Source of the DNA: Octopus sinensis
Lineage: Eukaryota
Reading direction: 5' to 3'
DNA: 64,000 nucleotides
Assembly (NCBI RefSeq): GCF_006345805.1
Contig: NC_043002.1
Location: forward strand, 17,484,001 to 17,548,000
Each line of letters opens with the position of its first letter. Position 1 is the first letter of the stretch. This document shows, in pieces, positions 39,841 to 53,383 of the stretch. The notes under the pieces were generated by a model that had not been told where the DNA came from, ran no database searches, and saw only the letters and a program-made list of their open reading frames with translations. The position numbers and the translations under genes were made by a program.

Positions 39841-40688
39841 TGAGGGACGTTCAATAAGTAATGCCCCTGACCCACTTGCAGTTGTTTGATCTTGATGTAA
39901 TTTTGCATGTGCAATTAGTTATATAAATTAAGTGGCAAATTACAGCTCTGCACTAATTGTGGTTCCTGATTTACATGTGTTTGAACTGAGTCAAGTGTGA
40001 AATGGAGCCTGTTGAGTGTCGGGCAGTGATCCGGTTTTTGTATTTGAAAGGACGCAGACCACGGGAGACTTTTGATGAAATGAAAGTAACTGATGGTGAT
40101 GATGCCCCATCATATGACCTTGTAAAACGCTGGCATCGTGAATTCAAACACGTTCGAAACTCTGTGGAAACAGCTCCCAGATCTGGTCGCCCCCCCCCCC
40201 CTTCTGCCATTGATGAGGTATCTGTCCGTCAAGTTGAGGCTGCGATTTTGGAAGATCGACGCATAACTATTCGTCAAATAGCCCATGAGGTCAAGATTAG
40301 TACCGGGTCTGTGGAAGCTATCATTCATGACCATTTGCATATAAAAAAGGTGTCTCCCAGATGGATTCCCAGGCTGCTCACACCTTTCCAGAAGCAAGAA
40401 CGCGTCGAGTGCTCGAGGATGAATTTGGAGATGTGCCAAGAAGATGAGTCAAACTTTTTCAAAAGCGTTTCCCAGATGATGCAGCCTTGATTTCTGAAGT
40501 CACGTCGTGGTTGGAGGACCAAGCTGGGGTCTTCTACAAAAACGGTCTCCAGAGCTGCATCAAACGATGGGAGAAATGCGTAACTCTGGGTGGTTCCTAT
40601 GTAGAAAAAGACTAATAACTGTGCCAAGTTTCGTTGCTCTACTGCTATAGGAAGTGGGTTATGGGCATTACTTATTGAACGCCCCTCG
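39841..40688 (+). mobile_element. Mariner transposon, internally deleted non-autonomous derivative (848 bp)
   Basis: 39-bp imperfect TIRs (39841-39879 and 40650-40688), TA target duplication on both sides (39839-40, 40689-90), and transposase N- and C-termini. Confidence 0.95.
40002..40490 (+). CDS. Truncated mariner transposase (DNA-binding HTH region only)
   Basis: MEPVECRAVIRFLYLKG...SYDLVKRWHREFK...PRSGRP...DRRITIRQIA...WIPRLLT. The DD34D domain is absent; the C-terminus FPDDAALISEV...IKRWEKCVTLGGSYVEKD* follows in another frame. Confidence 0.85.
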   Translation: MEPVECRAVIRFLYLKGRRPRETFDEMKVTDGDDAPSYDLVKRWHREFKHVRNSVETAPRSGRPPPPSAIDEVSVRQVEAAILEDRRITIRQIAHEVKISTGSVEAIIHDHLHIKKVSPRWIPRLLTPFQKQERVECSRMNLEMCQEDESNFFKSVSQMMQP

Positions 40689-42546
40689 TATGTATTGAAA
40701 TAACCGTATCTGAATATAGTTTTATATTCCGTCAAAGAAACTTTATTTGTAGAAATGTTCTGATTAATGAGTATGCAGTAAATAACTCACCTGGGGTGTT
40801 AAAAATTTACACTTGGCAGTCTAACAGCAACAGCTACATCGAGTTTGTGTGGAGAAATTATCAAAATTGGCCTCTTCTATCGCTACCTATTTGAAAAATG
40901 TTGCTAAATGTTGAAGTAAGTTTACATATGAAAAGTAAGTAATTTTTTACAAATACGATACAATTGCCAGTATCTAATTAAAATGTCACGTTATATTTTG
41001 TGGAAACGATCAAGTCAGGAGATAATTACATATGTTTTTCTTTATGTTTTGTAAATTCGGATTTGGAGATAATAAAATGCTGTCAATATACTAGTCAAAT
41101 ATATACATCTTTCTTGCAGTAATTGGCCTTGTGCATTATCGATGTACATCAATATTCAATGTTCAAATATTGTCTGATAACCAATATTAACGATGTGATG
41201 TGATGACAATTATGTTCACGTAAACCATCAATAATTTTGGAAATATTATGAAAGACACAGAATACCTGACTTCAAAGTTATCTACACTTTAAAAATGTTC
41301 TGCTAATTCATCAAAGTAGTAAAATTCGTTTCAATTCTGTATTAAACTTTTGCACCACATTTTGATACAGCTGTTCTGGGCAGCATAGACATATCAAGCC
41401 AATAGGTTAGATAGAAGCTTGATAGCAAGCGACTGTACTATATAATAGCGTTAGGTTATTTACAGTTAGTTAAAGTTGTCTAACCACCGAAGATCTGAAA
41501 TACAAAATCATAGCTTCAAAGTCTATTTCAGCAGCGTCATTCCCATTATTGTCTGATTCATTAAGCATTATATAATCTATATATGCTCTATATAATGTCA
41601 ATTCTACTATATTTAGGAGGTAAACCTACTGTAATCGACGCACTTCACCATTGGTTTGCAAAGAGAAGTTTTAGTTATGGGCATCTAGATTTAGGCTTTT
41701 CTTGCAGGATAACATTTATGGTTTTAAAAAATTTCGTTTGATATCAAGCTTCTCACATATTTAAAATATTATTGGATATGTCCAAACTCAGTATATATGT
41801 GATATTGAAACAGTTTGTTGTAAATGGTACACAAGCTTGTAAACACAAGGCAATAAACAAACCGAGAGCGTGAGACCAAAACGAGAATTTGGTGACCAAA
41901 TTTTATGAAAGGTAAGACATACTATTTATGCTTTTGTATAGCAAGATACACAAGCAAAATTTGGTTAATATCATGCATGCATTTACGCAGAGAAAGCACA
42001 TAAAATATCATTAAGCAGCGAGTCAGTAAAAGGAATTTACTAAAGCGTGAATTAAATAAATACAAAGACTGGAATTCAAATATCGCTTATGTATGTAATG
42101 AAACCGGGCAGTCTAAGAGCGCAAGTACTGAATGATTAATCATAAATCTAAGGCTTTCTGTGAGCGCAGAGTTGCCTCTCTTAGGTAACCGCAACTGAAG
42201 ATGACGTAATGAAATAGAAATGCATTTAGTGTCCCTATAGAAGGCGCCATTGAGCTGATAGTTGTTCATTTGAACCTTTTACCATATGGTACAGTAGGAG
42301 CTTATTAATATCCCCCACGGTAAATTACAATCTAATTGCTATTACTGGTTAAAATATATTACAAACATCTTTGAGGTACCCTAAAGTATGCTTATTATTC
42401 AATCTCATACACATACACACACACACACACACACATATAGATAATATATACATGTGAGTGTGAGCATGCGTATGTGTGTCATTTACTTCTTTCCTCCCTT
42501 TATTCTTTTCTCTCCGAGGAAAAGGGATATATATGAAAATATTTAT

Positions 42547-42952
42547 GAGGAGTGGCTGTGTGGTAAGTAGTTTGCTAACCAACCACATGGCTCCGGGTTC
42601 AGTCCCACTGCGTGGCATCTTGGGCAAGTGTCTTCTGCTATAGCCCCGGGCCGACCAATGCCTTGTGAGTGCATTTGGTAGACGGAAACTGAAAGAAGCC
42701 TGTCGTATATATATATATGTATATATATATAAGTGTGTGTGTATATGTTTGTGTGTCTGTGTTTGTCCCCCTACCATTGCTTGACAACCGATGCTGGTGT
42801 GTTTACGTCCCCGTCACTTAGCGGTTCGGCAAAAGAGACCGTTAGAATAAGTACTGGGCTTACAAAAGAATAAGTCCCGGAGTCGATTTGCTCGACTAAA
42901 GGCGGTGCTCCAGCATGGCCGCAGTCAAATGATTGAAACAAGTAAAAGAGTA
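42547..42952 (+). mobile_element. SINE family A (full length)
   Basis: GGAGTGGCTGTGTGGTAAG head, GGTTCAGTCCC B box, central microsatellite and conserved 3' half. Confidence 0.92.
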
Positions 42953-43166
42953 TACCTAGCCGCGCGGTATCAACTCACTCTTGACCGTTATTCAAAATGG
43001 ATACAGTCTTCTAGTTTTAAATTTCGTATTTGATAAAAAGATAGGCGAATTAGAAATGAATCACAATCCCTTACAACACTCTGACCCCAATAGGCTTCAT
43101 GCGATTTATATATTTCTTCTTGCTCTGTTAAAATATTTTAGAACAATTATATTGATGGTTACAATT

Positions 43167-43338
43167 AGGCGCAGGAGTGGCTGTGTGGTAAGTAGCTTGC
43201 TAACCAGCCACATGGTTCCGGGTTCAGTCCCACTGCGTGGCAACTTGGGCAAGTGTCTTCTGCTATAGCCCCGGGCCGACCAATGCCTTGTGAGTGGATT
43301 TGGTAGACGGAAACTGAAAGAAGCCTGTCGTATATATG

Positions 43339-43386
<48 letters not shown>

Positions 43387-43602
43387 TGTGTCTGTGTTTG
43401 TCCCCCTACCATTGCTTGACAACCGATGCTGTTGTGTTTACGTCCCCGTCACTTAGCGGTTCGGCAAAAGAGACCGATAGAATAAGTACTGGGCTTACAA
43501 AGAATAAGTCCCGGGGTCGATTTGCTCGACTAAAGGCGGTGCTCCAGCATGGCCGCAGTCAAGTGACTGAACCAAGTAAAAGAGTAAAGAGTAAAAGAGT
43601 AA
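43167..43602 (+). mobile_element. SINE family A (full length)
   Basis: AGGCGCAGGAGTGGCTGTGTGG head through the (A)AAGAGT-repeat tail. Confidence 0.92.
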
Positions 43603-44071
43603 TTCTATTTTCTGTGCACCTCAATATAGCATTGCATTTTAATTGATGTAATAATTGCATTGTCCAATTAATTGGGACCGCTTGAAACGATCGTACAGCA
43701 TCCTTTTGATTATAAATATATATATATATAATTAAATGTTATACATACCTGTATATATACGTGTGCGTGTAAGCATATGTGTGTCTATGTATATGTATAT
43801 TTGTGCGTATACGTGTGTCTGTGTACCTGTGTGTATTTGCTTGCGTGTCTGTGCACGCATACATTCATATCTTATACATTCGAGTGTGCCTTTGTCTTTA
43901 CGCACTTATCTAGATTTCGCTCATGGTGACTTTGTTATCATTTGTTCTGGAAGCGTATGCACTTTATCGGCCAAGACCTGAGACATACCTATTTCTCACA
44001 AGCTGCGTAATCTTGTGCCAGAAAGCAATGCTATCAACCGCCGTGACTTAACATCCCGTTAAACAGATACT

Positions 44072-44107
<36 letters not shown>

Positions 44108-44574
44108 TATGTATGTATGTACGTATGTATGTATGTATGTATGTATGCATGTATGTATGCATGTATGTATACATATATGTATGGATGTATGTATGCACGT
44201 GCGTATGCATATTATATATATAATTCTGAGTAGGTTCATACGCATACATATATGCATAGAAGCACATGGGAGAACAGGACAAATAAACACATCCACGAAC
44301 ACACAAACGCACACACATATATACGCACAAACACAGAAACACAAACACAGAGAAATACGAAATTAAATTTTAACTGAATGTTTTCAGAACTATAACCGCG
44401 TATTTAAAATTTCAAAATACCACAATTATTGGTTTTCTTATACTTCGCTTATAAAAATCTACTCTGCCAAATAACATTTAAAAGCATTAAGCAGATCCTC
44501 TCTCCACTCTCATTCTCTATCTAGCTATTATTCACTCTCCCACTGACTCTCTCTTTGGCTAAATATATGGATAT

Positions 44575-44658
44575 ATAAGCATATATATATATATATATAT
44601 ATATATAAGTATATATATATATATATGATATATAAGTATATATATATAATATATATAT

Positions 44659-44704
<46 letters not shown>

Positions 44705-44740
44705 TATATATATATAAATATTAGATACATATATATATAT
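44575..44740. repeat. (TA)n tract at the 5' flank of the full-length LINE
   Basis: Direct reading of the sequence. Confidence 0.9.
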
Positions 44741-45064
44741 AGTGGATTAACTGTTGAAGTGGACGGACGTCTATTTGTTTCTCTCCCAAGTCAGTAGCAA
44801 GCTACACAGCTTCAAAACTAACTGACCTTAAATATATATATATTTGTAACCACGTGTTTGCCTACAAACCCTTAAGTACGTTTTCATTTAACTACAAATT
44901 GTTATATACACCTGTTTTTCTTTTAATATCCTCAAACAACCAAATAATCAAAAACTCACACCCTTAAGAGAGAACATTTATATATATATACACTTCTTTA
45001 ACTCCGAAGAAAGAATATATATATTTTCAAAATCAAAAGGACAACAAACAAAAGAAAAACAAAC

Positions 45065-46160
45065 ATGACTAACTTGCAGGCCTGCAACAGACGAAATTGG
45101 TCTGATAACGAAATTGATGTTTTAATAAACACATGGTTCTCTCTTTCCCAAACAGAAAATCTAAATGTTTTGTGTTTGAATGAGATTGCCGAAAAAACAT
45201 CACAAGTGGTCAACACACGATCCGTCAAACAGATTCATAGCAAACTGAAACATATCGAAGTATCTTTCAAACAGACAAAAGGCCATTATGAAAAGCTTCT
45301 TCATATTTTCACAGTTCAAGAACAACAACAGCTAGAAAATCAGCAGCCACAACAACAACAACAACAGAATGAGCCACTTGGTTCCCAGCACAATGGCTGA
45401 CCTAACATCGGTCAAGCACAACAACAACAACAACAGCCACAGCAACAAGAACAACAACAGCCACTCCTCAACTCTAGCTTACTAGATGATTCACTAAATG
45501 CCAGTATCTTTTCACCGCTCTCACAGCAACCCAACAATTTCATCATCATCATCACCACCGCTGCCACCATCGTCTTCTATCACCAAAAATACCAACAGAA
45601 AACCAAATAAGAAACCACTGCCCTCTTCCCCCACATCATACCACCTCAATACTACTGCAGTAACAAAAACTTAAAGAAACATAGGAAGCAGAATGCGCCC
45701 CCCACGGCACAAACAAGAAATCCCCAAATATGCCGCTATTCACTGCGCCAGAGACTCTGCACAAATAGTGACTGCATCTTCACGCATCTACCCGGCACTA
45801 GACGCACTACCGGCCAAGGCCAAAGCACGCATCCCACAATAACATCAACACCACCAATAGTAAATCGAAATTCAAAACACCCACACAACTCGGAGTCAAA
45901 ATCTGCCGGTATTCCCGACGTGAGAGAACATGTCTACTGAGTGACTGTCCCTTCACTCATCTTCCAGGGACCCGACGCACAAACAGAAACGGGGCTTCAA
46001 GCCAACACACAACCTGAATAACAATAAAAATAGAAACACACCATGCTGCAGTAATGCTGGTCCAGTCTTTTCAGGAAGACACAAAAACAACAACAACAAA
46101 AGTGGAAACTACAACCCTATCCAACAGTGCAACCACACCTCCACCAAAAACTGCTCCCTA
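45065..46160 (+). pseudogene. LINE ORF1, disrupted: Myb/SANT-like N-terminus, Gln-rich linker, two CCCH zinc fingers
   Basis: RRNWSDNEIDVLINTW...RSVKQIHSKLKHI; CRYSLRQRLCTNSDCIFTHLPGTRRT at 45731 and CRYSRRERTCLLSDCPFTHLPGTRRT at 45904; one TGA (45398) and several frameshifts. The 3' end of ORF1 is approximate. Confidence 0.7.
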
Positions 46161-46241
46161 AGCAGGAAAATTTTTTTTAGCCATGTTGAACATGGCAAAA
46201 GAGATACACAAAACATTCTAGCCATCACTCAACACCATCCT

Positions 46242-49200
46242 ATGCTATTACCCCAGTGCACCAATTCCCCACATTGCTGCCACTACACACACACAAAAAA
46301 TCCAAGCCCCCTGCAACAGTCAAAACCAGCCACTACACTAACCTCCACATTCCTACTCAATGCACAAGGTGTCAGCCCTTCCATCAATGCACAAAAATGG
46401 AAGGTCCAATTCATTGAAGACTGGGTTGGTAACCATTCACACCACATCCCTTTCTTCATTCTCACTGAGACCCACCTTGACAACTCCCACTTGGAAGCCG
46501 AAGTGAGAGTGAAGAATTTCACAACCATCCGCGCGGATCGTATCGGCAGGAGGAAGGGTGGAACTGCCATTTTCTTGCATGATTCATTTACGGCAGATGG
46601 AAATAGTATATTCTCCAACGGCTACTGTGAATCAGTCACCGTGCACAACAAAGCCAATGACCTGACAGTAATTGGGCTCTATAGGCCGCCCCAAACACCC
46701 ATACTGTGCTTTAAAGAATGCCTCAACAGCATTAAGTGCTTTATTCAACAGTGCCATTCTAGCAACATACTCATGATGGAGACTTCAATCTACCCTGCGT
46801 TGACTGGACTACAAACTGTTTGAAACCAAGCACTCCCGCCTCAACCGCTGACAAAGAAGCAGCAGAGTCACTTTTCGACTTTACGAATGAGTTTTTCTTG
46901 TCCCAACTTGTCCTTGCACCAACAAGACATCAGAACATTTTGGACCTAGTGTTTAGTAACCACACTAACACTATACATAACGTTACAGTGGAAAAAACCC
47001 TTCTTTCAGACCATGACATGGTTCTCTGTAACATGAAATTCCACCAGCCGAAAGCTAATCCTAGTGACCTTCCTCCAGCCCACCCATTTGACAACATGGA
47101 TCTCCATAAAGCCAACTGGGATGCAATCAGGAACGAGCTATCACATGTTGACTGGTCCTTTACACATACACACATCTCCACCAACCATAAAACATCTTGG
47201 CAGATCTTTGTAGACACCGTCACAGACATATGTGCAAAACACTCCCCACCAAGACCTGTGAACAAAAAGTGCAGAATCCCCCAAAACAGAAAAACCATTA
47301 TCAGAAAAATAAAAAGAACAAACAAAAAAATTAACAAACTAAAGTACTGCCAACAGCAACACACACATTCGACGGTTATCGCACTGCTTGAATCCAAAAA
47401 ATATAACCTCCAACAATGCATGAAGACCCTCATCAATAACCAAAGATCAACTGAGGAGAAGTGGGCCATTGAAAAAATCAAACTCAACCCCAAAGTGTTA
47501 TTTTCATTTGCGAGGAAACGCATGGTCACTGTCTCCACTGTAGGCCCTCTAATTGACGAAACTGGCACTCTCCAAGATAATGCCAAATCCATGGCCGAGA
47601 TACTGCAGAAACAATACTGCTCTGTTTTCAGCAATCCTGATATGGCCGATCTGGGCTGTATCAGTGATGTCAACCCCCAACACACTATATCGGACATAAC
47701 GTTTAGTGCCCCTGATGTCTTAGCGGCGATAAACGAAATAAAACACAATTCAGCAGTAGGCCCCGATAGGTTCCCTGCTTGTGTCCTGAAGGTGTGTCGA
47801 CACCAACTTGCATCTCCCCTTGCTAATCTGTGGAGAATCTCACTGGATGCTGGCTATATTCCAAAAAACCTTCTGTCCCAGCTTTCAAAAAGGGAAACAA
47901 GTCCCTTGCAGTGAATTACCGTCCGATCTCACTCACCTCTCATATCATCAAGGTATTTGAGAGGGTGGTGAGATCTCGAATAACCCAATTTCTGGAAAGC
48001 AACAGACGGCTGATCTCCAACCAACATGGGTTCCGTAATGGAAGGGACTGCCTAACGCAGCTCCTGCATCACTTTGAGGACATTTTGAGAGCTTTGGGAG
48101 AGGGCTCCAACACCGATGTCATCTACCTTGATTTCAGTAAGGCCTTCGACAGGGTCGATCACAAGATCCTATTGAAAAAACTATCCAACATTGGTGTCTC
48201 TGGAAAGTTACTGAAATGGATCAAGTGTTTCCTGACAGACAGATCTCAACATGTTGTAGTTGAAGGGGTAAAATCAAGCCCAGCCAAAGTCAGTAGTGGC
48301 GTTCCGCAAGGCACTGTGCTGGGCCCGCTTCTTTTCATCATTTACATTAATGACATTAATGACATCATCAAGCACAGCAACATAAAAATCTTTGCAGATG
48401 ACTCCAAGCTACAGAAGGTCATAAATGAGTCGAGTGACCGGACATGCCTTCAGTCAGATCTACTGGCTGTTATCCAATGGGGAGAAAAAAACAATATGCT
48501 GCTGAACGAGGATAAATTTGAGCTAATCCACTTTGGAAAAGAGGATGCCCTGAAACTCCCATACTCCCTTCCTTCAGGTGAAACTCTCGCGGCGCCCAAC
48601 AACATCAGAGACTTGGGAGTAATTGTGGACAACAACATAAGCTGGGCCACTCATATAAACACCAAAGTTGACATGGCCCGCAGAATGTGTTCCTGGATTC
48701 TCAGAACTTTCCAGTCGAGAGATATCCACACCATTATCCTTCTCTTCTCCACTTTTGCCCGACCCCACCTTGAATACTGTTGTCCACTGTGGTCTCCCAC
48801 ACAATACAAGGTATCATAAAAGTTGAAGCACCTCAAAGGGCAATCACAAAAAAGATAGATGGCATGACAGGCCTCGACTATTGGGGTCGACTAGAAAAGC
48901 TAAAACTCTATTCTCTCCAACGTCGTCGTGAGCGCTACATCATCTGCATGATGTGGAAAATATTCCATCAGCATTGCCCAAATGATGTTGGCATCACCTT
49001 TAAGGCTTGGGCCCCGTGCCATCCGCCCAAAACAAAAATCGCACTCTCATCTCATAACAACAATACGGCACAATTATTTCACCTCAATTGGCCCCGCTCT
49101 CTTTAACATTACACCAAAACACATTAAAACAGAAACTGACCCTATAGGGTTCAAGAAGTCTTTGGACAGATTCCTTCAAGAAATTCCGGATAAACCCCCT

Positions 49201-49266
49201 ACACCCGGATATGTCTCTGTAAACAATAACTCTCTACTTGAGTGGGCCATAGTGCCCAAATTCTGA
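46242..49266 (+). pseudogene. LINE ORF2 (apurinic-like endonuclease + reverse transcriptase) split by about four frameshifts
   Basis: Overlapping ORFs 46242-46823, 46820-47914, 47830-48819, 48780-49106 and 48982-49266 tile one continuous ORF2. Confidence 0.92.
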
Positions 49267-49407
49267 CTTGAAAGACTTCACCAGGTGGTGCTATTAAGTT
49301 AGACATGGCCTGGGCCAATAATGGCCGAAACCTATCAAAGTATCAAAGTATCAAAGTATATATATATATTATATATATAATATAATATATATATATATAT
49401 ATATATA

Positions 49408-49443
<36 letters not shown>

Positions 49444-50265
49444 CCTATACATATACATACATACATACATACATACACACACATACATATATATATATCG
49501 TTTCACTTAGGCATAAGGAAATAAATACATATACCGTTCCATTCACCATAATACTTATACAATCCGATAAATAAAACAAAACTACAGTTCTTTACACAAT
49601 ACTTAGAAATTAAGAGATGCTGAACAAATATAAATATAGAAGAATTCTTAACGCCATAATTGATATATATTTTTTCCTTTTAATTGAAAAGAGAATTATG
49701 AGTTTTCTGCGAGTACTTATTAAACTTCCGAACGATTTTAATTACATTAATGAGTTTTGGATACGGAAATATAATCTCCGAATTTGAATGTTATCACCTT
49801 ACTAGAATAGGCTGATCTAAAAAATGATAATAATTTACGTTTTGGTAGAATTTTCAATGAATGCCTCTCTTCATTTTCTTATATATGCCATCCATTTTAG
49901 TACTTTCTATTGGTATTAGTGTTATTTCTATTAAAGCTATTATTAATTTGAATAGGTTTATGTATAGCCTGTATGTTTATATTTATTTGTATCTGTATTT
50001 GCTCTTTTTTTTGGTTGATATTTATTGCATTGTATACACACACACACACACACATAACCTTACAATACATAGTTGTTTTGAATCTTTTGTGTGGCTTTAA
50101 TAGACACTCCAGCTATATATCATTTATAAGCAATTGTTCTGCAAGATTTGTTTTAACCTTAACTAGAATGTTGGCTTTAAGAATCTCGATCAGCCGGAGC
50201 ATATCCGGTATTTGTGTATTTTACGCTTATACTAGCATCTTCTCTCTCTCACACACACAACCCAC

Positions 50266-50327
<62 letters not shown>

Positions 50328-51292
50328 TGGGAGGAGTTGGGTACAGTGGAAGTGGTAGAGAGATATGTAAAGAATTTGAATATGCACTTACAATCTTTAA
50401 AATTATTCATCTTTGTTACACATTCATATCTATGCGTATGCGTGGGCGTACGTGTGTGGAATGCGTCCCCGCTTTTGGCACTATTTTATAAGTATTACTA
50501 CGCTGTGTCTAAGGTATATAAGTATCACTACACTGAATGTCGGACATTTGGTGTAACATGCAAAGCGAATAAACACATAAGACGATATATGCCTTCAATT
50601 GAGTTGTCCATCAACCATCAGAACGAAACGACACATAACAATCTTATTCATTTTTTCTTGCAATTTTATGATGTACAAAATTAATGCGAGATGGAGGTAT
50701 CCAGATTGTTGCTGTAGTTGTCACAACCCTGAATGAAGTTTGAAATTGTCTGTTTTACATGTGGGATTAATTATATACATGTTGCCATCAGTACACAACT
50801 TTTTTTTTATCTATTACTTCTGTGACTGCGTCATGCGATATAACCAACAGATTGTCGGAATAGCTAATAGAGAAATGGTTTACTTGTTTTGTTGCGAGTG
50901 TAAGTTTCATATTTCTATTAACATGGGGGTGTAAGATAATTTAAGGAATCCATTCGATTTGGTAATAGCGAATAAAACCATTAAAAAAAAAAATTTTTTT
51001 AGGATACAAATAATGTGAAATAATTCTCTCAATTGGAAACGCATTATTATCTACCTTTGATTCAGCCTCTTTCTTCTGGTCATTTCATAAGGTTGAAATG
51101 TTAATCCCTACATATTTTGTTCTCTCTCTCTCTCTTTTTATTAATTCTCTCTCGAGACTTTTTCGTCTCAGTTCTTTCTGTCGAAGAGCGTAGGAATGGA
51201 ACCATCAAACACATTTCCAATCTTCCCGAGCGTCAGACTAATACATCTGCTTGCACCTTCACATGCCTTCTTTTGTTTTCTGTAAATTCGAA

Positions 51293-51575
51293 GGCTTAGT
51301 CATTAAGGCGTTGCATTCGCGATTGCGAGATCGTGGGTTCGATTCTCAGACCAGGCGTTACATTGTTTTCTTGAGCAAAGCACTTCATTTCACTTCATTT
51401 TTGCAATCATTTTCACATCTGACATGGGCACACGTTGCACCATTACAGGTAACGTTGATGTTATGGAGGGAGTGAGCTTATGTTTACACAAACATTTGAT
51501 CACTATAAACAAATCATCTGTGTGGTTGCTCGGTAAGAAATTATCGAACCCTCATACGCCGTTTAACGACGTCTG
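51293..51575 (+). mobile_element. tRNA-head SINE, family C
   Basis: GGCTTAGTCATTAAGGCGTTGCATTCGCGATTGCGAGATCGTGGGTTCGATTCTCAGACC tRNA-like head followed by a non-tRNA body (TTGAGCAAAGCACTTCATTTCAC). Confidence 0.7.
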
Positions 51576-51589
51576 TGTGTGTGTGTGAA

Positions 51590-51890
51590 GGTGCGTGATT
51601 AGTGATCGTAAGCTCGTGAGTTCAATTCCCGGTGGTGCATTGTATCCTTAAGTAAGACACTTTATTTCAAGTTGCTCCAGTCCACTCAGCTGGCAAAAAT
51701 GAGTTGTACCTGTATTTCAAACGGCCAGCCTTGTCACATTCTGTGTCACGCTGAATCTTCCCGAGAACTACATTATGGGTACACGTGTTTGTGGAGTACT
51801 CAGCCACATACACATTAATTTCACGAGCAAGGTGTTCCGTTGATCGTATCAGCTGGGACCCTCGTCGTCGCAACCGACGGAGTGCTCCTA
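51590..51890 (+). mobile_element. tRNA-head SINE, family E
   Basis: GTGAGTTCAATTCCCGG B box, then TCCTTAAGTAAGACACTTTATTTC...TGCTCCAGTCCACTCAGCTGG SINE-core-like body. Confidence 0.65.
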
Positions 51891-51906
51891 TATATATATT
51901 TATATC

Positions 51907-52405
51907 AAGCGCAGGAGTGGCTGTGTAGTAAGAGGCTTGCTTACCAACCACATGACTCTGGGTTCAGTCCCACTGCGTGGCACCTTGGGCAAGGGTCTTC
52001 TACAATAGCCTCGGGCCGACTAAAGCATTGTGAGTAGATTTGGTGGGAAACAAACTGAAAGAAGCCCGTCGTATATACATACATACGTACATACATACAT
52101 GCATACATATATATGTGTGTGTATGTGCGTGTGTGTATGTGCGTGTGTGTTTGTGTGTGTTTGTGTGTGTCTCTGTCTGTGTGTGTCTGCGTATATGTTT
52201 GTGTGTCTGTGTTTTTCCTCAACAACATCATCTGACAACCGATCTTGGTGTGTTTACGACCCCGTAACTTAGCGGTTCTGCAAAAGTGACCGGTAGAATA
52301 TGTACTAGTCTTACAAAGAATAAGTCTTGAGGTTGATTTGTTCGACTACAGGCGGAGCTGTAGCATGGCCGCATTCAAATGACTGAAACAAATAAAGGAA
52401 AGAAT
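51907..52405 (+). mobile_element. SINE family A (full length, expanded internal microsatellite)
   Basis: Family A head, B box and 3' half all present. Confidence 0.9.
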
Positions 52406-53016
52406 AGAAGTATATACATACACAAATATGTGCGTGTGTGTATGTCTGTGTTAATACATACGTATGTATACATACATACACGGAAATATATATGACTGGG
52501 TATATGTATATTAGCATATATATTCGAGAATTTACATGTGCAAATATATTATCGGCCAATAACTTGTTCCTGGTCCTAATCTATTCACACACAGCCCACC
52601 GTTCAGAGATAGACAGAAATATCATATATCACGTTCATAACTGTGCATCTGGCTTATAATGTTAAAATATTACTACGCAACGCATTAAACTAGCTCAAAG
52701 CCGACATTGCTATTTCACACACGTTCTGTAAGATATTACATGCCACAGGTAAAATTACAAGTTGATATGCCATTAGAAGGTGTATGTGGAAAATAATTGA
52801 ATTTCGTTTAATCGTCATCTTATTAAATAGATATGACTTGACGATATAATTACCAATTAACTCCATGTATACTGGTCAACACTGTGGAGAGAATCTTGTT
52901 GAGTTGAACGCTATTGAGGTGGAGTTAATGATATGTAAATTGTAGACAGTACATGATTTCAATACTGGTTTTATAACATAGAAAATGAATTTATATAAAA
53001 TATATATCTAATCTGT

Positions 53017-53200
53017 GAAGGCACATGGCCTAGTGGTTATAGCAGTGGATTCGTAGTCGAGGGATCACGGGTTCGAATTTCAGACCGGGCGATGCGTGTG
53101 TTTATGAGCGAAACAACTAAGCTCCATATGAATCCGGCAGAATGTAGTGGCGAAATTCTACTGACTCCTTCGCGACAACTTTCCCTCACTCTTTCCTTCT
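53017..53200 (+). mobile_element. tRNA-head SINE, family B, 5' part
   Basis: TGGCCTAGTGGTTA...GGGTTCGAATTTCAGACCGGGCG...GAGCGAAACAACTAAGCTCCA matches the reverse complement of 58.9-59.09 kb. Confidence 0.8.
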
Positions 53201-53383
53201 GCATCTATCCACGGACTCTGTCCGCCTGGTCCAAGGAAACCAGGAAACCGGCGCTTATGATGCAGACATGGCTCAAGAAGGAACAAACAACAATAACAAA
53301 CATATATATAATTTAAATAATATGAATAATATACTTGTATATATGCATACATACAGTAAACAGAGTACTGGCACCATCTACAG

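Larger units (their letters stand above)
44741..49339 (+). mobile_element. Apparently full-length CR1/L2-group LINE (5' UTR, ORF1, APE-RT ORF2, 3' UTR with (TATCAAAG)3 tail)
   Basis: APE motifs (LLNAQG, LTETHL, RADRIGRRKGG, GLYRPP, GDFNLP after a frameshift, SDH) and RT motifs (YRPISLTS, QHGFR, YLDFSKAFD, GVPQGTVLGP, FADD). (TA)n on both flanks. The 5' boundary is inferred from the end of the TA tract. Confidence 0.9.
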
